Below the pieces are notes generated by a model that was given only the letters and a program-made list of their open reading frames with translations, did not search any database and was not told the origin of the DNA. This document shows, in pieces, positions 1 to 8,858 of a stretch of DNA of 64,000 nucleotides (positions within the stretch are counted from its first letter, which is position 1; every line of letters begins with the position of its first letter). The stretch lies in IMG/VR virus record IMGVR_UViG_3300037524_002016, positions 18,530 through 82,529 of that record. The stretch is one strand, 5' to 3'. This DNA comes from a virus. The position numbers and the translations under genes are program-made.

Positions 1-2
1 GC

Positions 3-1277
3 CCCGAGGAACTGGAGGAGATCGACCAGGTCATGGTCGACCTTATGAGTATCAACACGCCGGAGAGCATGGCGGTTCTGTTGGGTTGGTTCGCCGCGGC
101 CCACCTCAAGGCCCACATCGCGGCCGGCCGCACGAAAGAATTCCCACTGCTCAACGTCTGGGGCAATGCCGGTTCCGGCAAATCCAAGACCACCCGCCTG
201 TTGGCGCTGTTGAGCGGGGTCGAGACAGCCGATGCCGAGTACGCCATCGACCTTCCCGGGACCACCCGTTTCCCGGTGTTTGCTTACGTCGGATCAACCA
301 CCACGGTGCCCCGCATCCTGGAGGAGTTTAACAAGTCCAAGTTTGTCGGTCATGCCAAGGGCCACTACATGGCGCTGTTCGAAATCTTCAAAGCGGCCTG
401 GGACATGACGCCGGTATCACGGGGCGTTGTTGGCGGCAACGGCACGAGCGGCTCCCGCAAGCGGGTGAACGCCTCGATTGTCGAGATCACGCCGATCGCA
501 CCAATCATCATCGTGTCGGAGCAGGCCCCGGACGAGCCGGCCCTGCAGCACCGGACCCTTCAGGTCTTGCTGACCGGCGCCGGCCGGGACCGCGGTACCC
601 CGCATTTCCAGGCGATAACCCATGACGTGACGCGCAAGGAGAAGATCCGCTATGTGGCCCGGGCCCTGGTCAGCCAGGCCATGGCCTCCGACGTCAGCCA
701 GGTCTACCAGTGGATCGACAGTTGCCCGATCCGGTTTCCGGCCTCGCTGGAGAACCGGCCGCGGTGGAGTTACCACGTGGTCTGGGGTGGGCTCCAATTT
801 TTGGAGGCCACCCTGCGGCGCAGCCGGTTGACCCGGTCCGTGGATCGACTGCAGGAATTGATGGCCCGGATGCAGGAAAAATTGGAGCGGGATGGCTCCT
901 ACATCAGCCGGCGCGTAGCGCGTTCGGAGGTGGATGCCGTGGTCGACGACATGGCCATGGCGGCACGAATGGCCGTCAACGACCACACCAAGACCGACCT
1001 TCTCACCTCCGGGGTCCATTACAAAGTCGAAGGCAACGTGCTGTACCTGGATTGGCTGGTCGGCCACGCCATCTACATGCGCTTCGTCCGGCAGCAGGGC
1101 AAGACCGTGGTCCTCGACAATCCCAGCCGGTTCCTCGAACTCATGGAGCACGAGGAATACTACATGGGGAAGACCCGGGGAGCGCTGCCGACCAACTGGG
1201 ACGTGGCGATGTTGGACATTGCGAAGATGCGGGAGAAGGGGATTCGGCCTGAGTTGTTTGAGGGAGTCACCACATGA
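3..1277 (+). CDS. C-terminal ATPase part of a phage primase/helicase-like protein (5' partial)
   Basis: Frame is open to the window edge; Walker A GNAGSGKS and Walker-B-like RILEEF; lies directly upstream of the helicase and polymerase genes. Confidence 0.65.
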   Translation, partial: PEELEEIDQVMVDLMSINTPESMAVLLGWFAAAHLKAHIAAGRTKEFPLLNVWGNAGSGKSKTTRLLALLSGVETADAEYAIDLPGTTRFPVFAYVGSTTTVPRILEEFNKSKFVGHAKGHYMALFEIFKAAWDMTPVSRGVVGGNGTSGSRKRVNASIVEITPIAPIIIVSEQAPDEPALQHRTLQVLLTGAGRDRGTPHFQAITHDVTRKEKIRYVARALVSQAMASDVSQVYQWIDSCPIRFPASLENRPRWSYHVVWGGLQFLEATLRRSRLTRSVDRLQELMARMQEKLERDGSYISRRVARSEVDAVVDDMAMAARMAVNDHTKTDLLTSGVHYKVEGNVLYLDWLVGHAIYMRFVRQQGKTVVLDNPSRFLELMEHEEYYMGKTRGALPTNWDVAMLDIAKMREKGIRPELFEGVTT

Positions 1278-2785
1278 CTGCAGCCACAGTTGCAAAGGAA
1301 CCCAAACCCCTCACCCTGGCCGACATCCTCGACCAGATCAAGGTTCGCAACCTCAAGGCCGCCCAGAACGTTCATCTCAAGGTGGTGCCCGAGCCCCACC
1401 AGATCAGTGGGTTCAGCGCCGCGATTCGCAGCGACAACCTTCGTTACGGTCTCTACGATGACCCGGGCCTGGGCAAGTCCCTGGTCAGTTATCTGTTCCT
1501 GGCTTACTACCTGCTGCAGGGCAACCGGGCCTTGGTGTTGATGCCGCCCATTCTCCTGACCCAGTACGTCGAGGAATTCCAACGCATGTTGGAATTCCGG
1601 GACTCTAAGCCAACGATGCACATCCTGAACGAGAGCCCGGCGGCGCGGAAGGAACTCTACGCCCACTGGAACAGCAACCTCCGGCGGAACTGGCCGAGGG
1701 TCTTGCTCATGTCGTACCAGCTTTTTCTGAAGATCCGGGGAGAACTCGCCCTGGACCTCTATGACGTGCTGATTGCCGATGAGTCCCATGCCCTCAAGGA
1801 GCCCACCTCGGGGATCCACCAGGCCGTCGCCGAATTCCTGGGGCCGTCTTGGCTCCGCGACGGCAAGGCCTTCCTGTCCATGACCGGTACGGTGATGCCG
1901 ACCGACATCGGCTGCGCCTACGGCATGATCAAACTGGTCAGCCCGAACTGCTATCACGACAAGCGCGCTTTCGAACGGGAACATGCCGTCAAGGTGCTAG
2001 ATTCCTACGGCAAGGCCAAGATCGTGGCCTGGAAAAATTACCCGGAACTGACCCGTAAGTTGTACCGGAACGGCCGCCGCAAAACCATCGACGAGGTGCT
2101 GCCGATGAACCGGCCCACTATCATCGAGACCGCGATCGATTTGCATCCAAAGCACCTGGAACTGTACCGGAAGCTCCTAACGGAACGGATGCTGGAGTTC
2201 GAAGACGGCTCGGTGCTGGACGCCACCCAGGTGCAAGCACTCCGCATGCATGCCCGGAAGATCATCGCGAACCCGGACGAGTACAGCGATTCACCCATCA
2301 AGAACCACGTCCACCTGGCTGTCGACCAGTTGCTGGACTCCATCGGGACCCGGGAGAACAAGGTCATCATCTTCGCTTGGTTCCAGATGACCATCGAGGC
2401 ATTGGCGGCCCGCTACAAAGACCTCAACCCGGCCGTGATTTATGGTGGGAGCAACACCGAAAAGAACAAACGGAAGTTCCTGGAGGACCCCAGTTGCCGG
2501 GTGGCCCTCATCAATCCCGACTCTGGCGGCATGGGCCTCAACTTCCAGGGGGTTTGTTGTACCGAGATTTTTGCGGAGGCCCTTACCACTCCGAAGTCGT
2601 TCGAACAAGGGATTGCACGGGTGGCACGAAAGGGGCAGACTCGCCCAGTCAGGGTCTATCCTCTCCGGGTCCGGGGTACGGTGTCCACCCACATGATGAA
2701 CGTCATGCTGAAGCGTGTAGAAGCTCGGCGAGATGTGCTGCTGGACAAGAAAACTGTATTCGACATGTTACTGGGGAGAGAGTGA
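1274..2785 (+). CDS. SNF2-family (SF2) helicase
   Basis: DDPGLGKS (motif I), IADESH (motif II), MTGT (motif III), GMGLNFQ (motif V), QGIARVARKGQ (motif VI). Confidence 0.9.
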   Translation: MTAATVAKEPKPLTLADILDQIKVRNLKAAQNVHLKVVPEPHQISGFSAAIRSDNLRYGLYDDPGLGKSLVSYLFLAYYLLQGNRALVLMPPILLTQYVEEFQRMLEFRDSKPTMHILNESPAARKELYAHWNSNLRRNWPRVLLMSYQLFLKIRGELALDLYDVLIADESHALKEPTSGIHQAVAEFLGPSWLRDGKAFLSMTGTVMPTDIGCAYGMIKLVSPNCYHDKRAFEREHAVKVLDSYGKAKIVAWKNYPELTRKLYRNGRRKTIDEVLPMNRPTIIETAIDLHPKHLELYRKLLTERMLEFEDGSVLDATQVQALRMHARKIIANPDEYSDSPIKNHVHLAVDQLLDSIGTRENKVIIFAWFQMTIEALAARYKDLNPAVIYGGSNTEKNKRKFLEDPSCRVALINPDSGGMGLNFQGVCCTEIFAEALTTPKSFEQGIARVARKGQTRPVRVYPLRVRGTVSTHMMNVMLKRVEARRDVLLDKKTVFDMLLGRE

Positions 2786-2792
2786 CACCCAC

Positions 2793-2821
2793 TTGACACC
2801 ACATTGTGGGTATGTTAGAAT
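2793..2821 (+). promoter_or_regulatory. sigma70-type promoter with a palindromic operator in the spacer
   Basis: TTGACA-17 nt-TAGAAT with extended -10 TG; spacer contains CCAC-ATT-GTGG. Confidence 0.8.
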
Positions 2822-2837
2822 CACAACGGAGAAGTCG

Positions 2838-3062
2838 ATGAAGAAGATTAATACATATCTGGCGGATCGCCAGATTGACGGATTAGACGAATTGGCTACG
2901 AAGACGGGCATCAAGTCTTCGGAGCACATCAGGCGTGCAATCGACGCCTACCTCGCCGAGCAGGCTGGCCTGCTCAAAACCGAGCATTACTCGCTCGGAA
3001 ACCCTAAACCTAAATCAGAAGGAAACGACAATGGCACTACAGAGAACCGCTCAAATCGATAG
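2838..3062 (+). CDS. Ribbon-helix-helix (CopG/Arc-like) transcription regulator
   Basis: MKKINTYLADRQIDGLDELATKTGIKSSEHIRRAIDAYL fits the RHH strand-helix-helix pattern; GGAG RBS upstream. Confidence 0.8.
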   Translation: MKKINTYLADRQIDGLDELATKTGIKSSEHIRRAIDAYLAEQAGLLKTEHYSLGNPKPKSEGNDNGTTENRSNR

Positions 3063-3789
3063 CGATCCCTTCTCAAACGAAAACGACCCCTTTGAAGGTG
3101 GCGCCCCGGCGGTAACCGGAGCGCCCGCGGAAACGGAAAACCACCAGGCCCTCGCAGTTGCACCCTCTGCCTCAGTCCCCGTCGTCGCGTCCCGTGCAAA
3201 AGGCTACGACGTCTCGGAGGTCCTGTCGCCCGAGGAAATGGAAGGTCTGGAACTCGGCTTCGGCTCGTTCCCGATCGTCACTCTAGACGGCAAGGAGTTC
3301 GATTGCAAGGGCCAGAACTGGACCCTGGGTGACTCCTTCACCGGCCGCATCTTCTCCTACCGGCCCAAGTACCTGGCCAAGGTCCGGGCCGACAAGGACG
3401 CCATCAAGGAGCTGGGCATCGACCCGGTCATCGTCTACACCTACGACGACTTCCGCAAGGATCCCGGCGCCCTGGACACCAACGGCGTTCCGATCGCCGA
3501 CCGCGTGGCCTACTGGAAGGGCAAGGGCAAGGGCTACGAGTTCGACAAGTACATGGAAGTAAACTTCGAGATGATCGACCCGGGCCAGCCCTGGGACGGC
3601 GTTCTCGTCCAGTTGTCGGTCTCTAAGGCCTCGGTGCCGAAGTTCTCCGCCTATGTGATGGCTGCCCTGGCCGGCCAACAGAAGAAGCGCTACGACGCCG
3701 TCATCACCAAGGTCCACAAGGGCGACCGCATTACGGTCGGCACCGACGTCTTCCGTCCCTGGGCGTTCTCGTACGTCAGAGATCTCTAA
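3031..3789 (+). CDS. Hypothetical protein, possibly ssDNA-binding
   Basis: Strong codon bias, acidic disordered N-terminus, aromatic beta-rich core, located immediately before the polymerase; function inferred from context only. Confidence 0.4.
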   Translation: MALQRTAQIDSDPFSNENDPFEGGAPAVTGAPAETENHQALAVAPSASVPVVASRAKGYDVSEVLSPEEMEGLELGFGSFPIVTLDGKEFDCKGQNWTLGDSFTGRIFSYRPKYLAKVRADKDAIKELGIDPVIVYTYDDFRKDPGALDTNGVPIADRVAYWKGKGKGYEFDKYMEVNFEMIDPGQPWDGVLVQLSVSKASVPKFSAYVMAALAGQQKKRYDAVITKVHKGDRITVGTDVFRPWAFSYVRDL

Positions 3790-3885
3790 TTCGCCGGGTG
3801 GCCGACCTGCGGTCGGTCACCCGAAGGACCGGAATCTTTGACCTCGCACCCGGCTCCGGCCGGGTGCCTGCCCACGAGGAACGCC

Positions 3886-6657
3886 ATGGAACCTTTTTCC
3901 TTTCACGTGCTCCTCGACCTGAGGGGCCTGGTCCTTCGCGCCTACCATTCCGGGGTCGATCCCGACGCCTACCCGGTGGAAGGGCGTCCCGTCAACACCG
4001 CGGCCTACGGCCTCGATGTCTTCATTGACCGGTACCTGAAGCCGGTCCTTACCTACGCCCAGCCACTCGACATCATTGCCGTTCACGACGCCGGCAACGA
4101 GTACCGGCGCGCCCTTTATCCGGACTACAAGCTCAAGCGCCGCGAGAAACTCGCCGGCGAGTTCGAGAAACAGCAGGCCGACCTGTTGATGCGGCTGGTT
4201 CGGGACCTGCTGGCCCAGTTGGGCTGCCTTCAGGTCTACTGTGAAAAGACCGAAGCCGACGATGTCGTGGCCTATCTGGTCGAGAAGTTACACGGCAACA
4301 AAGCCATCTACACGGTTGACGAAGACCTCGTACAACTGGCCACCCCTGACGGGGTGACCGTTTTTCGTGGAGACGACTGCTTCACCGATGAAATCCACGG
4401 CATCCCAGCCGAGCTTCTGGTCCTCCGCAAATCCATCATTGGTGATTCTTCCGATGGCTATGGCGGTGTCGAGGGGGTCGGTCCCAAGGGCTTCGACAGC
4501 CTGCGGGACGACTTCGGTATCGATGGTCTCTACGAACTGGACAAGATCGTCCGGACCCAAGACTGGAATGACCTTGCTGCCTGTTGCACAGGCAGCAAGG
4601 TAATACAAAAGCTCTATGATCAGCGCCAGCAGTGGCACCTCTGCTACCAACTGGCCCGGCTGCATCCCGAGATCTGCTACCAGATCAAGGACCGGAGCCT
4701 GAGGACATTGAAATGGCTCAAGCGACTCCCGAGTCGGGACAATGTTGCCAGTTTGCTTGAGCAGACGGGCAACACCCACCACCTGGAGGCCCTGGAGAAG
4801 TTCTTGCCGCGGTTCACCCTGGTTACCCAGGCCAACCTGATGCAGGTGCTCCCCGAGATCAAGGGCTACCTCGCGGAGAACAGCTTTGCCGCGTTCGACT
4901 ACGAAACCTATGACCCCGTCCAGTGGGAGCCCTTCCAGCGGGCCAACAAGCGGGGCCAGTACCTCGACATTCTGAGTCACATGCCGACCGGTGCATCCTT
5001 TGCCGTGGGTCCCAACAACGCCCGGGCCTACTACTTCTCGACCGAGCACAAGGACACGGCCAACGTGCCAGCTGGGGTCATTGGCGGGATGATCCAGTAC
5101 ATCGAACTGGAGCGGAAGATTCCCCTGGCCGCCCACAACGTCGCCTTCGAAGACGCCGTCACCGGCAACACCTTCCACTATCGATTGCAGTCCCGCTGGG
5201 ACACGATGCTGATTCAGCGGCACCTGGATGAAGAGGGTTTCTCCGGTCTCAAGCACCTGTCGAAGCACTACTTGGCCTACGACCAGACGACGTATGCGGA
5301 GTGTTTAGCTCAGGCTGGGCACACAGCAGCCATGGCTGCTGTGTGCGAAGACTCCGAGGGCGACTTGCCGCCCACGGCCGCCGTCCACATGGCCGATCTG
5401 ACCGGCGAGGAAGTCCTCCACTACGCCTGTGACGACGCCCTGGTGACGGCACACCTGCTCCCGCTCATGGTCCGGCTGGGCCAGATCGAGGGCTGGTGGA
5501 ACCATGTCCGGGAAACGGAGTTCACTGCGGCAGCGCCCCTGGTCGACGTCTACCTGGATGGTGTGCCGGTGGACTATGAGCGGCTGGACTACCTCGCCAG
5601 CGAGGACCGGAAGACCATCGCCGCCGGCCAGGTCAGGGTCCGTGAACTCCTGCAGGCTCACTGCACGAGCGCATCTGACGAGGCCGTGGACCGGTTGATG
5701 GAGGAACTGGAACCCTTCATCCGGGCCAAGGCCAAGGCCGACGGCAAGACCGCCACCGAGGCCACGGAGAAGGTCAAAGCCGAGCGCGCGTACTTCGAGA
5801 TCGAAGGCAGTTACCGGCCGTGGATCGAGATCACGGAACGGATTCCCTTCAATCCGACGGCGACCCAACTGAACAAGGTGGGCGAAGCCCTGGGCGTGGT
5901 GACGCCGCTGGAGAAACTGACCAAGGGCACGCTGACGGCCTACATCAGTCAGGCCATGGCCGAGCATCGACCGGATCCGGATTCCGATCTGGGGCGGTTC
6001 CTCGATCTGTTGCGGCATGCCACCGGCAAGGCCTTCAAGGAATTGAATTCGCCGGAGCGTCTGGCTCTGATCAACTTCTGCGAGGGCATCCTGGGCCAGA
6101 ACATTAAGACCACCTGGACCGGCAGCGAGTTGAACTCAGGCAGCGGCAAGCAGATGCAAGCCTTCCTCTACGTGATGCTGGATTTGCCGATTCGCCTCCG
6201 TTCGAAAGTCGACAAGGGCTCGACGCGGGAGCAACTCGGCTTCGAGGGCGCGCCCTCGACCAACGAGAAGGCCATCAAGGTGGCGATCGCCGAGGACACC
6301 AAAGGCAAGGGTTTGCCGGACACCTGGATGCCCTGGGCCGAACTGCAGAAAGCCATCGAGGTTTCGGCGAACGGCGACTGGAAGGCCGAGGTCCTGCTGA
6401 CCTGGTTGGCTGTCGGCAAGGCCCAGACCCGGGAAGAACTGTACTGGACGCCCTACCCGCTGTGGAAGCACCCGAAGGACGGACGCATCCACCCCTTCTT
6501 CCGGCCGTCCGGCACGGAAACACGGCGGCCGACCGGGTCGTCGCCGAACCTGTTCCAGGTTTCGAAGAAGGACGGCGGGTATGTCCGTTCAATGTTCGTG
6601 CCGTTTGAACCGGAGCGGGCACGGGTGGTGCCAACTAATGTGGAGAAAGCAGCATGA
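3886..6657 (+). CDS. polA: Family A DNA polymerase, N-terminal subunit (5'-3' exonuclease, 3'-5' exonuclease, thumb and start of palm)
   Basis: YPDYKLKR, EADDVV, DEDLVQL, IIGDSSDGYGGVEGVGPK (5'-3' exo); FDYET, HNVAFED, YACDD (ExoI-III); GRIHP..TETRRPTGSSPNLFQV..VRSMF; ends before motif A. Confidence 0.9.
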   Translation: MEPFSFHVLLDLRGLVLRAYHSGVDPDAYPVEGRPVNTAAYGLDVFIDRYLKPVLTYAQPLDIIAVHDAGNEYRRALYPDYKLKRREKLAGEFEKQQADLLMRLVRDLLAQLGCLQVYCEKTEADDVVAYLVEKLHGNKAIYTVDEDLVQLATPDGVTVFRGDDCFTDEIHGIPAELLVLRKSIIGDSSDGYGGVEGVGPKGFDSLRDDFGIDGLYELDKIVRTQDWNDLAACCTGSKVIQKLYDQRQQWHLCYQLARLHPEICYQIKDRSLRTLKWLKRLPSRDNVASLLEQTGNTHHLEALEKFLPRFTLVTQANLMQVLPEIKGYLAENSFAAFDYETYDPVQWEPFQRANKRGQYLDILSHMPTGASFAVGPNNARAYYFSTEHKDTANVPAGVIGGMIQYIELERKIPLAAHNVAFEDAVTGNTFHYRLQSRWDTMLIQRHLDEEGFSGLKHLSKHYLAYDQTTYAECLAQAGHTAAMAAVCEDSEGDLPPTAAVHMADLTGEEVLHYACDDALVTAHLLPLMVRLGQIEGWWNHVRETEFTAAAPLVDVYLDGVPVDYERLDYLASEDRKTIAAGQVRVRELLQAHCTSASDEAVDRLMEELEPFIRAKAKADGKTATEATEKVKAERAYFEIEGSYRPWIEITERIPFNPTATQLNKVGEALGVVTPLEKLTKGTLTAYISQAMAEHRPDPDSDLGRFLDLLRHATGKAFKELNSPERLALINFCEGILGQNIKTTWTGSELNSGSGKQMQAFLYVMLDLPIRLRSKVDKGSTREQLGFEGAPSTNEKAIKVAIAEDTKGKGLPDTWMPWAELQKAIEVSANGDWKAEVLLTWLAVGKAQTREELYWTPYPLWKHPKDGRIHPFFRPSGTETRRPTGSSPNLFQVSKKDGGYVRSMFVPFEPERARVVPTNVEKAA

Positions 6658-6902
6658 AGTTTTGTAAGGACTGTGTGCACGTTGAAGTACTGGGAAAAGC
6701 AACGTCTTGTTACTGGTGCAATCGGGCCCTCACTTTTTATCAGGACCCGGTCACCGGGGATAGAATAGAGACAGGCAGCCGACAGTGCATGGACGAACGC
6801 TCGAACGAAGGCCTCTACCATTGCGGACCCGAGGGCCAGTACTTCATCAAGCGTCGGCCCTGGTGGGCCAAGTGGGTGGACCTGTGGTTCGGAGGTCACT
6901 GA
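6654..6902 (+). CDS. Small Cys-rich phage protein between the two polymerase genes
   Basis: CKDC...C..C...DPVTG...C..ER...CG pattern; ATGA and TGATG overlaps with both neighbours. Confidence 0.7.
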   Translation: MKFCKDCVHVEVLGKATSCYWCNRALTFYQDPVTGDRIETGSRQCMDERSNEGLYHCGPEGQYFIKRRPWWAKWVDLWFGGH

Positions 6903-7798
6903 TGGCACACGTCATCATTTCGGCCGACTTCAACCAGCAGGAACTGCGTTTGTTGGCCTCGGAATCCGAGGACGCCACCCTGATGGACGCCTACCTCGGG
7001 GAAACGCAGAAGGACCTCCACACTATCACGGCCTGTGCCATTGCCCCCGGCGAGATCTTGCGCAGCGGGGGCCGGTTCATTCTTCGTGACGTCGAATTGG
7101 ACTCGGCCACGGGCCGAGTCCGATATGACTTCTATGAACAGGCCCGGAAACAGAAGGACGACCTCGGCCAGTTCCTGGACAACATCCGCGGCAAGGGCGC
7201 CAAGCCGGCCAACTTCCTGATCGTGTTCGGGGGCGGGGCCGGGACCTTGGCAGCGAACCTGATGATCAAGCGGCAGATCGCCCAGGAATACGTCGAGGGC
7301 TGGCTGGACACCTATCCCGGGGTGCCGAAGTGGTGGGCCAAGGTCGACGAATTCGCTCGCCGCAACGGTTATGTTCAGACCGTCTATGGAACCAGGAGAC
7401 ATTGCTGGCCGAATATCGTGTCGCAAGATAGCAACCAACGTTCAGCTATGGAGAGACAGTGTCGCAATTTTCTTATACAGGGAAGTGCATCAGAAATTCT
7501 CAAAATTGTCTTAGCTGGTACAGCTAAGACCCGGCTCTTCAAGGAGACCGGTGCCAAACTCATCGCCCCGGTCTACGACGAAATCACGGCTTCAGTGCCC
7601 GTCGAGGCCGTGGTCGAGTACTGCGGTCGGCTGTCGGCTTTGATGGCCATCACCCCACCTGGACACAAGGTCCCCATGGTCCCCGAGATCTCCATCGGCC
7701 GAGAGAACTGGGGCAACAAAGTTGAACTGGGCGCATTCCCATCAGCGGAGGCCATTGAGGCCGCGGTGCGGGGTGAGCCTATGGAGAATGCGGCTTGA
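6902..7798 (+). CDS. polA: Family A DNA polymerase, C-terminal catalytic subunit
   Basis: Motif A ISADFNQQELRLLA at the N-terminus, DLH, motif B AKPANFLIVFGGG, NFLIQGSASEILK, motif C VYDEI; own GGAGG RBS. Confidence 0.9.
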   Translation: MAHVIISADFNQQELRLLASESEDATLMDAYLGETQKDLHTITACAIAPGEILRSGGRFILRDVELDSATGRVRYDFYEQARKQKDDLGQFLDNIRGKGAKPANFLIVFGGGAGTLAANLMIKRQIAQEYVEGWLDTYPGVPKWWAKVDEFARRNGYVQTVYGTRRHCWPNIVSQDSNQRSAMERQCRNFLIQGSASEILKIVLAGTAKTRLFKETGAKLIAPVYDEITASVPVEAVVEYCGRLSALMAITPPGHKVPMVPEISIGRENWGNKVELGAFPSAEAIEAAVRGEPMENAA

Positions 7799-7986
7799 AT
7801 AAGATTCAGACTTCCAAAACCGTCCTCAAGTGCTCGGACTGTGGCCGGGCCATTCCCGTTCGGCAGCCTCATTACAAGAACATCGAGACGGGAGAAGTGA
7901 CTCACCCGAACTGCGATCTCTATCGCAGCCAGCCCCTCTTTGAACCACGGAACTCCCATGCTCGAATCGCTCGTCATCGTCGTTGA
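7795..7986 (+). CDS. Small hypothetical protein, possibly Zn-binding
   Basis: CSDC...HPNC; coupled to the preceding stop; TTG start. Confidence 0.45.
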   Translation: MNKIQTSKTVLKCSDCGRAIPVRQPHYKNIETGEVTHPNCDLYRSQPLFEPRNSHARIARHRR

Positions 7987-8668
7987 CCTCGAAACCACCG
8001 GCGTCGACCCTAAGACCTGCGGCATCGTCCAGATCGGGGCCGTCACCTATCATCCCGAGCGCGAGCACTATGCGGTCGCGCTTAACCAACTGGTAGACCC
8101 CGGTATGCCGATCCCGGCCGGGGCCTCGGCAGTTCACGGGATCACCGACGAGCACGTCCGGTATGCGCCGGCCCAGAAAACTGCGATCCGGCTCTTGGAA
8201 AATTCGATCTTCATGATCGCCAGGGTCGCGGAGCGGGTGCCGGTCATTGCCGGTTTCAACTGTGCCAGTTATGACTTCAAGGTCTTGGAGGCCAACGGCA
8301 TGGAACTGGTCCGGGAGCGGACTCTGGACGTCCGCTGGCTGACGGACCGCTACTACCCGCACAACGGCGGCACCCTCAGTGCCACCTATCAGGCAGCTAC
8401 CGGCAAGCCGCCGCTCGATGCCCACGATGCGGTGGCCGACTGCATCATGACCACCGAGATTCTGCACACCCACCTGCAGGCTACCGGCAAGACTATCGAC
8501 GCTCTCCTGGAGGAGTTCAAGACCCCGCAAGTCTTGGAGATTTGCGCGCTCAAGGCACATGCCGGGAAACCCTGGAACGAGGTCCCGAAACACTATGTCC
8601 GCTGGTGCCGGGACAACTTCACGAACCTCTCGCCGGACCTGGCACTGACGCTGAGGACCTATGCCTGA
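7958..8668 (+). CDS. DEDDh 3'-5' exonuclease (DnaQ/exonuclease X-like)
   Basis: VDLETTG, VHGITDE, GFNCASYD, AHDAVAD; C-terminal HAGKPWNEVPKHYVRW resembles the ExoX C-terminal motif. Confidence 0.9.
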   Translation: MLESLVIVVDLETTGVDPKTCGIVQIGAVTYHPEREHYAVALNQLVDPGMPIPAGASAVHGITDEHVRYAPAQKTAIRLLENSIFMIARVAERVPVIAGFNCASYDFKVLEANGMELVRERTLDVRWLTDRYYPHNGGTLSATYQAATGKPPLDAHDAVADCIMTTEILHTHLQATGKTIDALLEEFKTPQVLEICALKAHAGKPWNEVPKHYVRWCRDNFTNLSPDLALTLRTYA

Positions 8669-8858
8669 GTGGCCGGAGTTCCGGCTACCTCCCATCAACT
8701 TGTGGGTGATGCCGCCCTGGCGTGGGCGGACACCCGAAAAGCGGTGCGTCAAGCAGTGCCGACTGAATCGGCGCACCCAAACCTGCGATGGCTGTGGACG
8801 TACCATGGCTGAGATTAAACAAGCGTACGAGAGAATAACATGTCCCAAGACCCGTTGA
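8661..8858 (+). CDS. DUF1289-like four-cysteine protein
   Basis: CVKQCRLN...TCDGCGRTMAEI. Confidence 0.7.
   Translation: MPEWPEFRLPPINLWVMPPWRGRTPEKRCVKQCRLNRRTQTCDGCGRTMAEIKQAYERITCPKTR

Noticed and set aside
6654-6902. Group I intron or split intein interrupting polA
   Set aside because: No P7-like core and no intein Cys/His-Asn ends; the region is a coupled ORF and the downstream half has its own RBS
6640-7798. C-terminal -AA ClpXP degrons on both polymerase subunits and other proteins (EKAA, ENAA, AEAA, TEAA)
   Set aside because: Mostly explained by an overlapping Shine-Dalgarno plus start/stop coupling (GGAG..GCAGCATGA); no independent support
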